Shown piece after piece: positions 51,406 through 61,705 of a DNA stretch of 64,000 nucleotides. Position numbers and translations under genes: made by a program. The notes under the pieces were generated by a model, which did no database searches, had not been told where the DNA came from, and worked only from the letters and a program-made list of their open reading frames with translations. How positions within the stretch are numbered: position 1 is the first letter of the stretch; every line of letters starts with the position of its first letter. Source of the DNA: an uncultured Planctomycetota bacterium (GTDB taxonomy: Bacteria; Planctomycetota; CAYMFW01); NCBI GenBank assembly GCA_964389785.1, contig CAYMFW010000002.1, positions 813 to 64,812 of the forward strand. Direction: 5' to 3'.

Positions 51406-54312
51406 GTTCTTTTTCAGGACCACCCTCACGGTCGTGATGCCCCGTTTCGGCACGCGTACCGTCACCGCGTTCCCGGAAACCTTCGCGGAATTCTTCTTCA
51501 CCGGCCGCTCCAGGAGGTCCGTTTCGACCGCGCTCTTCACCCTGCCGCAGAACCGGTCGAAGGACAGCTTCGCCTGCGCGGCCCTGCCGGAGGGATCGTA
51601 GAGGCGTACCACGAGCGCGTCGCCTTCTTCGGCCCTCTTTATCGTGTCGAGAACGACGCTGTCGGGTGACACGGCGACGAACGATCCGGCGCCGGGAAGT
51701 GTTCCCTTGTGCGCATCCGTGTTTATCACCTTCAGCTCGTGGTTGAATGCGCGCGCCGATTCTATCGCCCGCTCGGGACTTATGCGTCCTCCGGTCGGGA
51801 GCAGGGCGAAGCGCATGTCGTGCCGCCCTATCTCCGGAAGCGGATCGGGAGAGTAGCTGGAGCGGACGAGGGTGACGTTCATCGTATTTTCGACGAGCGA
51901 GTGGCCGTGCTTACAGTCGTTGAGAACCAGGCACCCGGCGGCCTTCTTTCCCGCCTTCCCCCCCACGTGCGCCCACCGGAGCGCGGGCACCTCCTCGCCG
52001 TTCTTCATGTCGCGCGATATGGAGCCGAACGGTATCTCGTACTCCGCCTTCGGCTTCTCCAGAGCCAGCGGGAGCGACAGCCGCAGTACCGGCGTTCCCT
52101 TCTCAGGACTCCCCCGCTCGAACCAGGTGCCGGAGATGTCGACGTAGAGCGCCGGGTCGCCCGCCTTGAGCACGTAGCTTACGCTGAAATTCGAATCGCC
52201 GAGCGTGCCCTCCGCGGTGATGCCCGCCCGGTACGGGCCCTTCGAACCGCGCGATATCTTCCTGACGTTCATCGGCTGCCACGGGCCGGTGTGCTCCACC
52301 GTCCAGGCGCTCATGCCCCGGGCGCGCTCGACGGCGTACTGCAGGACCGGCGCCGGACGGTCGGGCGAGATCAGCGCGGTGCCGGTGGTGAGATCGACCA
52401 GGGAGGCGATGCCGCCCGTCGTCATGTCGAGAGACACGGAGACGAGCCCGTTCGACAGCCCTTCCGGACCGCGCTCGTACGACGTGTAGCCGCACTGATG
52501 CTCTATGCCGGTCTGTCCGGTTCCCGCGCTCTTTTCCTTCGCCGTCCCCTCCTCCACGTAGTACATCGCGTACCCGTACGGGCCGACGGAGACGGGAAAC
52601 GCGAGATCCACGTGGTCGTGGCCCCAGTAGTGCCCCTTGCCCATCACCTGGACCGGCACCGCGGACCCGTCCGGGCCGACCGCCCGGAACGGTATCCCGG
52701 CGATGTCCCTGTCCTGCCAGCCCCAGCCGGGGTCCCAGAGCCGGACCTCGATCACCTCGTCGCGCCCGCGCGGAAGCGGGTTCCACACCAGGAACGCGCG
52801 CCGGTCGGAGCCTTTGCCGTGGCCGTACCGGGTGATGTCGCCCTCGGCGGTGTTCATGCCCATGCCGCCGCCCATCGCGCGGGGCACGGCCGACGGGGGA
52901 AGGTCGTCCTGGACCCGTATCGCGGCGGCCGACGTGTCGACGGCCCCGGCGAGCGTACGCAGCGCCTCGGCTTCGCGAATGGAGGTAAACGCCGCGATCT
53001 CCTGGAACAGGCCGTGGGTGTACGTTCGGGTGTCGCGGACGCCCGAGCCGGGGAGGATGTCGTGGAAGTGGGAAAACAGCGTGTCGCGCCACTTCTCCTC
53101 GAACCCCCGGGAGGGGTACGCCCCGCCGAGACCGCTCCAGACGAGCGAGGCCGCGGCTTCCGCGTCCTGGAGCTTCTTCTCCGAGAACCGGTTCGCCCGC
53201 TTGATGAGGGTCTGCGTGGTATAGCACCCGGTGAATTCGAAATTCAGCTCGTCGTCGATCACCGGCAGCTTCGCCGCGTCGAGCTCCGCGAAGAAGTCGC
53301 GCGCGGTCGAGCAGATGACGCGGGGGTAGACCGGCCACGCGTCCAGGTCACGCCGGGTGACCAGGTCTCGCCGCGTCGGCCCGCCGCCGTGGTCGCCCAT
53401 GCCGTACACGAAGCACGCCGACTTCAGACCGGTTTCGTCACAGAAATCCTGCAGCGCCCGCTTCGCCATGCTCGGTCCTATCGATCCGTTGTAGCCGAGG
53501 TGCATGTCGTTCATGACAAGTACCCGGCTTCCGTCCGGGCCGCGCCACCGGAAGGCCCGGGGGCGGGGCTGGGGCGGGGTGTGCACGCCGGGGCGGTGCA
53601 GGTAGACGTACTTCACGCCGCCGCGGACCAGGTACGTGGGTACGGTGTGCGCGTGACCGAACGTGTCGGGCGACCAGTCTATGGCGACGTCTTCCGGCGC
53701 GAGGCCGAACAGGTCCTGCATGTACCGCCGGGTGTACAGCAGGTGGCGGCAGAGCGCCTCGCCGCCGGCCAGGTTCTTGTCTCCCTCCACCCAGTGACTC
53801 GCCGTCACCTCCCAGCGGCCCTTCTTCACCAGCTTCGCGATCTCCTTCAGCATGGACGGATTGTGCTGTTCGATGATCCGGTAGACCGAGGCCTGGCTCT
53901 GGGAGAACGTGAACTCCGGGAACTCCTTCATGAGATTGAGCACGGTGGTGAACGTGTCGTTCGTGGTGTTCACCGTCTCGGGCCACGACCACATCCAGTT
54001 CATGTCTATGTGCGCGTGCGCGATGCAGTGAATCGTATACGCCTTGGCCGCCTCCCCTATCGGGGACATCAGCCCCTCCGCCTTCCGGACCGCCGTCCGG
54101 ACGCCGGCCGGGGCGCCGGCGGCGAACGCGGCGCCGACGAGGGTTTCGCCCTTCGAGATGAGTTTCTTCCAGGCACCCGCGTTCTTCCCGTTCTTTCTGC
54201 ACAGGTAGTGCGCGAACCGGACCTGCGTGTCGAACCGCTTCCGCTCGTACTCGAGGAGCTTCTTCGCGCGCGCGCACCCGACATCGACGGAAGGATCACC
54301 TGACTTCTTCAT
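51403..54312 (-). CDS. GH38 alpha-mannosidase
   Basis: 969 aa. [10 protein letters not shown], ..FSQSQASVY.., ..WSPDTFGH.. and HFHDILPGS are conserved GH38 motifs. Confidence 0.9.
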   Translation of the reverse strand: MKKSGDPSVDVGCARAKKLLEYERKRFDTQVRFAHYLCRKNGKNAGAWKKLISKGETLVGAAFAAGAPAGVRTAVRKAEGLMSPIGEAAKAYTIHCIAHAHIDMNWMWSWPETVNTTNDTFTTVLNLMKEFPEFTFSQSQASVYRIIEQHNPSMLKEIAKLVKKGRWEVTASHWVEGDKNLAGGEALCRHLLYTRRYMQDLFGLAPEDVAIDWSPDTFGHAHTVPTYLVRGGVKYVYLHRPGVHTPPQPRPRAFRWRGPDGSRVLVMNDMHLGYNGSIGPSMAKRALQDFCDETGLKSACFVYGMGDHGGGPTRRDLVTRRDLDAWPVYPRVICSTARDFFAELDAAKLPVIDDELNFEFTGCYTTQTLIKRANRFSEKKLQDAEAAASLVWSGLGGAYPSRGFEEKWRDTLFSHFHDILPGSGVRDTRTYTHGLFQEIAAFTSIREAEALRTLAGAVDTSAAAIRVQDDLPPSAVPRAMGGGMGMNTAEGDITRYGHGKGSDRRAFLVWNPLPRGRDEVIEVRLWDPGWGWQDRDIAGIPFRAVGPDGSAVPVQVMGKGHYWGHDHVDLAFPVSVGPYGYAMYYVEEGTAKEKSAGTGQTGIEHQCGYTSYERGPEGLSNGLVSVSLDMTTGGIASLVDLTTGTALISPDRPAPVLQYAVERARGMSAWTVEHTGPWQPMNVRKISRGSKGPYRAGITAEGTLGDSNFSVSYVLKAGDPALYVDISGTWFERGSPEKGTPVLRLSLPLALEKPKAEYEIPFGSISRDMKNGEEVPALRWAHVGGKAGKKAAGCLVLNDCKHGHSLVENTMNVTLVRSSYSPDPLPEIGRHDMRFALLPTGGRISPERAIESARAFNHELKVINTDAHKGTLPGAGSFVAVSPDSVVLDTIKRAEEGDALVVRLYDPSGRAAQAKLSFDRFCGRVKSAVETDLLERPVKKNSAKVSGNAVTVRVPKRGITTVRVVLKKN

Positions 54313-54408
54313 GGAATATTCTCCCTGCTATATAGAGCGGATTCAGTGCGGGCATCCTACCGGCACGGTATCGGGGAAGCAAGATTCTCCTCGTGGCGGG
54401 ACGGGGTA

Positions 54409-54438
54409 TTGCGAGAGGGCCGGACGCCGGGGTAGAAT
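54409..54438 (+). promoter_or_regulatory. promoter TTGCGA-18-TAGAAT upstream of the second DUF1559 gene
   Basis: -35 at 54409-54414 and -10 at 54433-54438. The -10 overlaps the first in-frame ATG (54437), so the ATG at 54449 is the likely, near-leaderless start. Confidence 0.45.
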
Positions 54439-54448
54439 GCCTCTCGCC

Positions 54449-55486
54449 ATGAGACCGTCACGCGGATTTACTCTCGTAGAGCTTCTGGTGGTGATCGCGA
54501 TCATCGCGCTGCTCGCCGCCATGCTGCTTCCGACCCTCTCGCGGGCCAGGGAGTACGCCTACTTCACCCGGTGCAAGAGCAACCTGAGGCAGATCACGGT
54601 GGGCTTCCTGGTATTTGCCGGGGAAAACAAGGGGCGCCTTCCCGAGGGAGAGAACCGATGCGCGGGCAGCCCGAGCGCCCTCCGGAAGATGGGATACGTC
54701 GAGCCGGTAGGGGCGTTCGCCAAGGGCAAGTCTCTGGTGGCCAAGATCTACGACGACTCGCTCTGGCCGACCGATGCGGGCTACGCGTACGACTGGAACA
54801 TGAACAAAGGATACGGGATGATCGGAAAGCCGAAGCTCAAGGGCAAATACCTCCCGATAGAGGTCCTCTGGTGTCCGGCGGTGAAGCTTCGCAACTGGAA
54901 TTACGTCAATATCGACGTGGGCGACTGGTCGGGCACGGAGAAGGGAAGGGACTACATAGCGCGGCGTAACGGGAATTTCGGCTACACGCTCTTCGTGTTC
55001 AGCGTCGGGTGCTGGCAGTACAAGACGACCAGGTGGAAGAATCACGTGAGTCCCGAGTACCGCGCCCTGTACGGCCTTTCGTCGGGCAGCGAGGACGCGT
55101 GGCGCTCCGAGGAGCCGTTCCGCTGGAACACCAACAACACCACCATCAAGACGTCGCACAAGCCGTCCGCCTGGATAGCCGCCGACAGCGTGCCGGGCAT
55201 AAACGACGGCTGCTACGGCCGCGGCCAGAGATCGTGGACGACGCATTTCGGCATCCGGTCGGCTGTCGAGGGAGAGTTCCGGTTCAACGTCGCCCACCTC
55301 GACGGACACATCGACGACTCTCCCTGGAAAGAAGTGAGGGGCAGCATATGGAACCAGTACCGGGTGCCGGTGCAGGATTGGGGCCGCCCGTACGGCTGGG
55401 CGTACTACAACGGCTCGCTGACCGGCATAGGCGGCTCGATACGGAAGGAACCGTACATCGACGGCGCGTTCGACGAGAACCTGTAG
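54449..55486 (+). CDS. prepilin-type N-terminal cleavage/methylation domain protein, DUF1559-like
   Basis: [62 protein letters not shown].. (an alternative start is at 54437). Confidence 0.85.
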   Translation: MRPSRGFTLVELLVVIAIIALLAAMLLPTLSRAREYAYFTRCKSNLRQITVGFLVFAGENKGRLPEGENRCAGSPSALRKMGYVEPVGAFAKGKSLVAKIYDDSLWPTDAGYAYDWNMNKGYGMIGKPKLKGKYLPIEVLWCPAVKLRNWNYVNIDVGDWSGTEKGRDYIARRNGNFGYTLFVFSVGCWQYKTTRWKNHVSPEYRALYGLSSGSEDAWRSEEPFRWNTNNTTIKTSHKPSAWIAADSVPGINDGCYGRGQRSWTTHFGIRSAVEGEFRFNVAHLDGHIDDSPWKEVRGSIWNQYRVPVQDWGRPYGWAYYNGSLTGIGGSIRKEPYIDGAFDENL

Positions 55487-55573
55487 CCCGTCGCGCCGGA
55501 ACCGCACCCTTGCGGAACGAACGGCCGGTTACGTATAATCGAGTTCAAAATCAGACCCCGGGAGAACCAGATC

Positions 55574-58411
55574 ATGAGGCGCATACTTCTCTCTGCTGTC
55601 GTGTTCGTGTCAATCGCTCTCGCCCCCGCCGCGCACGCCGCCGGATGGCAGAAACCGTACGGCCCTTCCTGCACCGAGCGGGCGAACGTGTTCGCCTTCA
55701 CCGAAAAGCCGACGGTGAAGCTGGTCGCGAAAGACAGGTACCAGATTACGTTCGCGGTGAAGGACTGCTGCGACGTGACCGTGGCCGTCGTGGACGGGAA
55801 CGGCACGGTGATTCGTCATCTGGCCTCCGGCGTGCTCGGCAAGAACGCGCCGGCGCCGTTCCAGAAGGGTTCCCTGAAGCAGACGGTTCACTGGACGGGA
55901 AAGGACGACCTGGAACGGTATCCGAAGTCGCTGGATGGATTCAAGGTGCGGGTGTCGCTCGGCCTGAAGCCCGAGTTCGACAAGCGGCTCGGGGGCACGA
56001 GCCCGAAGAACCTGCCGGGCTACGTGTGGAGCATCGCGATCGACGGTACCGGCGCGTACGTGTTCGCCAAGGGGCCGGGCAGCCACGGCCGGGTGACGCT
56101 GCGGAAGTTCGATCTGAACGGAAACTATCTGAAGACGCTCTTCCCGCCGCCCGCGAACAAGCCGGCGAAAGACCTCACCGGCACCGGGTATATCGAATAC
56201 GAGGAGGGCATAAAGGCCTGGCACAGCCACGTCGTGAACGAGACGGTGGCGCGCAACGGGTTCATCTTCAAGGGCGCCGGAGGAAAGGGCGTCGGCGACT
56301 GCCAGGTGGCCGTCGCCGGGAACAAGCTCTTCTACGTCAACGCGGGCAGCTCGCTGATCGCGGCGCAGGGGGCGTCGTCGCTCCACTGGATACACACGGA
56401 CGGCTCGACGGATCTGGCCGGGATGAAGGGCGTGCCGTTCGCGTGGGGAGCGCATCTCCTGCCGCGCCTGGCCGGCTCGCCGGACGGCAAATGGGTATAC
56501 ATGGTGTCCGACCACGGCGCGTACAAGTTCGGACCCGTCGTGGTGCGCGCGCCGGCCGACGGGAGCGCGCCGTCGAAGGCGTTCATAGGGGACCAGAAGA
56601 AGCCGGGAAGCGACAACACCCTTCTGAACGGCCCCACCGGGATAGACTGCGACGCGACGGGCCGGATATACGTGGCGGATTCCATGAACAACCGGGTGCA
56701 GATATTCTCGCCCGACGGGAAGTATCTGAAGACGATTCCCTGCGACCGGCCGCGGCTGGTGCGGGTGCACCGGAAAACGGGCGGGATATACGTGCAGCAC
56801 GCGGCGCGGGAGCGGGGGAAATCCATTGCCCAGCTCACCAAGTACGTGTCGTTCGACAATCCGGCGAAGGACTACACGGTGAACGGCATCGCCACCGGTA
56901 CGATGACGCTCGACTCCTGGTCCGCGAAGCCCCGTCTGTGGCTGGCCGGGGCGTCGCAGACCACGTCGCACATATCCGGCACCTCGAACGCGGGAAGCAG
57001 CGTGATGATCTACGAGGAGGACGGCAAAACCCTCAAGAAGATCGTGGACTTCGACGAGGAGGCGAAGAAGGAGGCCGGCGGGAATTACCTGGGACGCTGG
57101 AGCGGGTGCATATTCGATAAGGTGGTCTGCGACCCCACGCGGGAGCAGGTGTACTACAAGAACAGCCATTTCCTCGACCTGAAGACGGGGAAGCGGCTCG
57201 GCTCGTTCTGGCCCGGCGCGCACAGCTTCGACGACATCGCCTTCGATGAGCACGGGTATATGCACGTGCACTTCAACCCGGGCTTCTACATGCCCGGCGT
57301 CGGCCGGGTGGACCCGGCACAGCGCGTTCCCCACGGGAAGGGAGAGAACTCGTTCCGCTACCCCGAGGTGCCGTACGACTACGGTATCCCGAAGATGGGC
57401 AAGTGGAAGTCCGAATGGATCGGGATCCTGCCGACGAAGTGCCAGCCGGGGGCGAAGTTCTTCCAGGACGGCATCGGGGTGAACATGCGCGGGGACGTGG
57501 CCGTCGAGAGCAATATCTACTACGTTCCCAGGATGTCGGAGGAGGGCTGGGGACTGGCCGCGGCCGGCATACGAGAGCGAAGCAAGAAGGGGGAATACGT
57601 GGACGGCTCCATGGGCGGCACGGCCAACAACTACGCCAGGTACATGCAGCAGATACGGGAGAGGGAGAAGCGCGGCGACAAGGTGTACTTCATCCCCCGC
57701 CGTCCGGGGATATCCCTCGCCGGAGCGACGGTATGGACCTTCGACCGCACCGGCGAGCTCCGCGACGAGTGCGCCGTGGTGGCCGGCAGGCTGATCGCCG
57801 GCCTGCAGATGGACGAGGACGGGTACCTCTATTTCACCAACAATCGTCCCGCGCTGGTCGGCGGCACGCAGTTCCTGGCGGGCCGGGGAGGGCTGCACGG
57901 CACGGACGAGGGAAAGACGAGTCCGTTCACGGGAACCTGGATGAAGACGAAGGGCAAGGCGAAGATACTGCAGGCGAAGTCGCCCATACCGATGGACACA
58001 CCGCCGAAGCGCGAGGCGGAGCTGGTGTACGGCGGCACCGAGAGCTGGGTGGACGGCGTGGAGTGGACATACGCGGGCGCGTCGCCCTGCGTCGCGGGCG
58101 GCTGTTCGTGCCCGTCCATGCGTCCCGCGCTCGACTGGTACAAACGCTCGTTCGTGCCGGAGGCGTATCGGCACTCGTTCGGCATCCTGGACACGAACGG
58201 AAATCTCGTCATGCACATGGGCACCTACGGGAACCTCGATAGCGGCAGCGGCCCGAAGAGCCGGGTGCCGGTCGAGGGCGGCATCGGCGTCACCCAGCCG
58301 CGTTTCATCTCGGCAAGCAACGACTACGTCGTCTTCGACGACTGGGGCGAGCGGCTCGCCGTCGTGAAGCTGAACTACCACGCCGAGGAGTCGGTGCCCG
58401 TCATCCGATAG
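55574..58411 (+). CDS. secreted NHL-repeat beta-propeller protein (paralog of 10451-13063)
   Basis: 945 aa with a signal peptide. The Ig-like N-terminal segment contains VIRHLASGVLGKNAPAPF. The NHL repeat GRIYVADSMNNRVQIFSPDGKYLKTI is present. The C-terminal ..VVKLNYHAEESVPV mirrors ..QVRLTYAAEETVEI of the paralog. Confidence 0.8.
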   Translation: MRRILLSAVVFVSIALAPAAHAAGWQKPYGPSCTERANVFAFTEKPTVKLVAKDRYQITFAVKDCCDVTVAVVDGNGTVIRHLASGVLGKNAPAPFQKGSLKQTVHWTGKDDLERYPKSLDGFKVRVSLGLKPEFDKRLGGTSPKNLPGYVWSIAIDGTGAYVFAKGPGSHGRVTLRKFDLNGNYLKTLFPPPANKPAKDLTGTGYIEYEEGIKAWHSHVVNETVARNGFIFKGAGGKGVGDCQVAVAGNKLFYVNAGSSLIAAQGASSLHWIHTDGSTDLAGMKGVPFAWGAHLLPRLAGSPDGKWVYMVSDHGAYKFGPVVVRAPADGSAPSKAFIGDQKKPGSDNTLLNGPTGIDCDATGRIYVADSMNNRVQIFSPDGKYLKTIPCDRPRLVRVHRKTGGIYVQHAARERGKSIAQLTKYVSFDNPAKDYTVNGIATGTMTLDSWSAKPRLWLAGASQTTSHISGTSNAGSSVMIYEEDGKTLKKIVDFDEEAKKEAGGNYLGRWSGCIFDKVVCDPTREQVYYKNSHFLDLKTGKRLGSFWPGAHSFDDIAFDEHGYMHVHFNPGFYMPGVGRVDPAQRVPHGKGENSFRYPEVPYDYGIPKMGKWKSEWIGILPTKCQPGAKFFQDGIGVNMRGDVAVESNIYYVPRMSEEGWGLAAAGIRERSKKGEYVDGSMGGTANNYARYMQQIREREKRGDKVYFIPRRPGISLAGATVWTFDRTGELRDECAVVAGRLIAGLQMDEDGYLYFTNNRPALVGGTQFLAGRGGLHGTDEGKTSPFTGTWMKTKGKAKILQAKSPIPMDTPPKREAELVYGGTESWVDGVEWTYAGASPCVAGGCSCPSMRPALDWYKRSFVPEAYRHSFGILDTNGNLVMHMGTYGNLDSGSGPKSRVPVEGGIGVTQPRFISASNDYVVFDDWGERLAVVKLNYHAEESVPVIR

Positions 58412-58657
58412 CCGGTTGACTTGCCGATCCCTGAAAAGGGGCTGCAGTAAGCCCTACTCACACGTGTCCTGATATCGAACACCCGTACCGCACATGTGTC
58501 CCAAATCGGGACATCCCGTCTTCGTGAGACACGTTCGGACCGCCGGGACGCAAAATCAGTTTCGTCGTATCCCAAAACACTAAAAACACTTATATATCAT
58601 TTCCCGCGGCCGGATGTGACCCTCATTATCTGGCACATCCGTTGCACTATCACTAGT

Positions 58658-59473
58658 ATGAATAGCAGACTTTACACGATTCTGGTCACGGGAATTCTGG
58701 TGCTGAGCGCGGCTCAGACCGTCCTCGGGGACGGCGAGCAGGGGGACGACCGGGTGCTCCTTCTGGAGACCGGCCTGGCGCTCGACGAGTTGGTACCCTC
58801 CCTTGAGGCGGTCGAGGAGAATGCTCCCGAGCCGATGATACACACCCACGGAACGCTCCTCGAAGAGATTCCCGTGACCATCTCCTCCGTGATCGCCGCC
58901 AAGCTGCTCACCACGTTCACCCACGAGCTGGGCCACGTGGACGAGGCGCTCGATCAGGGACTGGACACCGCAATCAACATGGGCATACTGTTCGGCAACG
59001 GTGACTACGCCGCGCCCGGCGCGGTCGGCTCCTTCCAGTTCCAGGGAAGGCCGCGGGATCGGAACCGGATCTCCCTGGCCGGTATCGGTTCCAACCTGGA
59101 CATATACCAGACGCTGAACGAGGAGATCGTCGCGGGGCACTCCGACACCAGGTTCGCGAACACCGTCGCGCTCTTCACCGGGCTCGAGCTGGCGCGCTAC
59201 GTCATCTGGGACGCGGTGGCCGGCAACAGCGCGAGCGACCTAGTGGAGTTCCGCGACCAGAGCGGCACGGACGATCAGTTCATCTACGCGGCCGCGCTGA
59301 TGAACGCGGTGGATTTCCTCCTGAGCGGCGGCACGTATCACGCGCGCCGCACCGTCGGCCTGGACGCGGAACGCCCCACGTCCACCGGCCTGTTCGGCAC
59401 CGGACTTCGCCCCTGCTCCTGGATCGACGAGGACAAGATCTGCATCGGCATGCAGATGACCGTCAACTTCTAG
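58658..59473 (+). CDS. secreted hypothetical protein with HExxH motif
   Basis: In-frame ATG at 58658 gives MNSRLYTILVTGILVLSAAQTVLG (signal peptide). It has a single FTHELGHV zincin-like motif and a C-terminal ..GMQMTVNF aromatic end. Confidence 0.5.
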   Translation: MNSRLYTILVTGILVLSAAQTVLGDGEQGDDRVLLLETGLALDELVPSLEAVEENAPEPMIHTHGTLLEEIPVTISSVIAAKLLTTFTHELGHVDEALDQGLDTAINMGILFGNGDYAAPGAVGSFQFQGRPRDRNRISLAGIGSNLDIYQTLNEEIVAGHSDTRFANTVALFTGLELARYVIWDAVAGNSASDLVEFRDQSGTDDQFIYAAALMNAVDFLLSGGTYHARRTVGLDAERPTSTGLFGTGLRPCSWIDEDKICIGMQMTVNF

Positions 59474-60420
59474 CGGTACTTTTCGAGGGCGGCACAGACG
59501 GCTTCGATATTCTCCAGCGGCACGTCCGGTCCGCACTCTCCCCTCAGCCACAGCCCCCCTTCCGGGGAGCCCAGCGCCTCCACGGCCTCGCGCACGTGCG
59601 TGTCTATGTCCGCGGGGGAACAGAACGGAAACATCTGGCGGTCCAGGTCCAGGTCCACGCACACCTTTCCCCTGCAGACCCGCACCAGGTTATCCAGGCC
59701 GTTGGCGCGGAACTGCGGATTGACGACGTTCACTCCGCACTCCACCAGGTCCGGGATGATTTCATATATGTGCCCGTCGGTGTGCATGTAGATATGGTGC
59801 CCGGCCTCGCGGCACGGGCGGTAGATCTCCTCGTAGCACGGCTTCAGGTACCTGCGCCACTTCCCCGGGCTCATGGGAAGCGACGTCTGCATCCCGAGGT
59901 CGTCGCCGAAGTACAGAACGGCAGGCTCCGATCGTCTCGCGAGCATCAGCTTCACCTGCCGCACGTTGTAGTCGCGCACCACGTCGATCAGCATTTGCAG
60001 CTCCGGCGGCTCCTCCGCGAAATCCACCATCGCCTCCTCGAACCCCCTCAGGTCTGCCAGCCGCAGGTACATGAAGCCGTGCGGCAGGCCGGCGTCCTCC
60101 GCGGGAGCCTTGAGGGTCCGTACCGCCTCCCGGGTGGGCACCGGGTGACGGGTGACGATCGCCTCCAGCCCGGTCTCCACGTTGCTCCACACGCATCCCC
60201 AGGCGTCTACGTGCTCGCCCTCCTCGTACGTGCCCTTCCAGACCTCGTCGTAGTCCCGGTCTTTCTTCTGCTCCCCGAATATCACCGGGTGGCGGGCGAC
60301 CAGCTCGTCCAGCGCCTCCCGGTACTTCATCCAGGTGCCGGGAAGGAGGCCGATCGACACCGGGATGTGCTCCGGACGGTCGAAGTTCATCGCCTTTATC
60401 CGGTCTTCCTGCATGCCCAT
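59470..60420 (-). CDS. uroporphyrinogen-decarboxylase (URO-D)-like family protein
   Basis: 316 aa. ..FDRPEHIPVS.., ..LYFGDDLGMQTSLPMSP..W..Y..P.Y.. and ..HIYMHTDGHIYEIIPDLVECGVNVVNPQ.. fit the URO-D/MtaA-type TIM barrel. Confidence 0.65.
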   Translation of the reverse strand: MGMQEDRIKAMNFDRPEHIPVSIGLLPGTWMKYREALDELVARHPVIFGEQKKDRDYDEVWKGTYEEGEHVDAWGCVWSNVETGLEAIVTRHPVPTREAVRTLKAPAEDAGLPHGFMYLRLADLRGFEEAMVDFAEEPPELQMLIDVVRDYNVRQVKLMLARRSEPAVLYFGDDLGMQTSLPMSPGKWRRYLKPCYEEIYRPCREAGHHIYMHTDGHIYEIIPDLVECGVNVVNPQFRANGLDNLVRVCRGKVCVDLDLDRQMFPFCSPADIDTHVREAVEALGSPEGGLWLRGECGPDVPLENIEAVCAALEKYR

Positions 60421-60433
60421 GATAGATATGTCC

Positions 60434-61705
60434 TCAGCCGAGCCGGGGAAGCGTGGTGTATCCCTCCGGCAGTATGTGAACGAGGGGCCGGTCGGTTTCG
60501 AGATGCGCCGCGGCCTTCTCCAGTGCGTCAGCCATGTCCGAGGCGCGTTCCACCCCCAGGAGGGCCGCCCGCGCGTCGTCCATCTTCGTTACCATTATCG
60601 TGTGCACCGCCTGCGTCTTCAGCCTGTGCGCCAGCGCGGTGTGTCCGGATATCTGGAAGTGGTCCTTCAGCCGCTTCTCGTGCTCCTCTATGGACGGCAC
60701 CGCCAGGTACTCCTCCAGGATCTCGTTGCCCAGCCCGTCGCGGCACTCGGCCGCGAGAATGACGACCCCGCCTTTCTTCACCGCGTAGAACGCGTTGTCG
60801 TACGCCTTGTGAGACTGTATGTAGTTGATGTCCTTCGGATAGCCGCCGGGCGTCGCGATCACGACGTCGGCGTGCTCCCCTATCTTCACCGCGAAGTGCG
60901 CCGTCACCGTCTCGCACGCCTTCCGATGCGCCTTCTCCCAGTCACCCGCGAATACGGCGGCGATCTCCCGCCTGTCGTTCAGCACCACGTTGACGAGGAA
61001 GTCGGGCGAGACCATCCGGGTCGCTTCGGTCATGTCTTCGCTCACCTCGTTGCCGTCCAGCTTCGCGGGCCTGCAGTGCGGGTTCCTGCCGCCCCCGGGA
61101 TCCATCGTGAAGGCGTGATTCCTGACGATCGTTTCCTCGGCGCAGATTCCGGGCAGGACGCTCTTGCGCCCGCCGCCGAAACCGGCGAAGTAGTGAAACT
61201 GCGCGGTGCCGGTGATCACCAGCCGGTCCGCCTCGTGCGCCATCCGGTTGATCCGCACCGGCGTGCCCGCCCCGGTGGTGCCGACGCTCACCATGTCCTC
61301 CGCGCGGCAGTCGTGGTCCACCAGCCGGACCCGTGAGGTGACCTCTTCTCCAACGATGGCCCGTCGCTCCTCGTCCGTGTGCATCGCGTGGGTGCCGCAG
61401 GCGAACAGGACGGTGATGCCGGGATCCGGCACCCCCGCGTCGTTCGCCGCGTTCAGAAGGACCGGCAGCACGACGCCCGCGCCGGTGATCCGTGTCTTGT
61501 CGGACACGACGATCACCAGGCTTCCCGCCCCGTCGAGCACCTCGGTCAGCGGCGGGGAGGATACCGGGTGCGCGACGGCGCGCGCGACCTCCCCCGCCGG
61601 GTCCTCGAGTGACGGCATGCCCTTCGGCACCAGCAGGGACGGCCGCCACCCATCGGGCAGCTCGAAATCGACCTGTCCGTCCCCGTAGCCGATTGAGGGC
61701 ATCAT
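60434..61705 (-). CDS. larA: LarA-family (nickel-pincer cofactor dependent) 2-hydroxyacid racemase/epimerase homolog
   Basis: ATG at 61705 (GGGGAG RBS) overlaps the upstream stop (ATGA). VIVVSDKTR, ACGTHAMHTDEE and QFHYFAGFGGGRKSVLPG (the Lys that tethers the cofactor in LarA) fit the DUF2088/LarA family. The track start at 61831 lies inside the upstream gene. Confidence 0.8.
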   Translation of the reverse strand: MMPSIGYGDGQVDFELPDGWRPSLLVPKGMPSLEDPAGEVARAVAHPVSSPPLTEVLDGAGSLVIVVSDKTRITGAGVVLPVLLNAANDAGVPDPGITVLFACGTHAMHTDEERRAIVGEEVTSRVRLVDHDCRAEDMVSVGTTGAGTPVRINRMAHEADRLVITGTAQFHYFAGFGGGRKSVLPGICAEETIVRNHAFTMDPGGGRNPHCRPAKLDGNEVSEDMTEATRMVSPDFLVNVVLNDRREIAAVFAGDWEKAHRKACETVTAHFAVKIGEHADVVIATPGGYPKDINYIQSHKAYDNAFYAVKKGGVVILAAECRDGLGNEILEEYLAVPSIEEHEKRLKDHFQISGHTALAHRLKTQAVHTIMVTKMDDARAALLGVERASDMADALEKAAAHLETDRPLVHILPEGYTTLPRLG

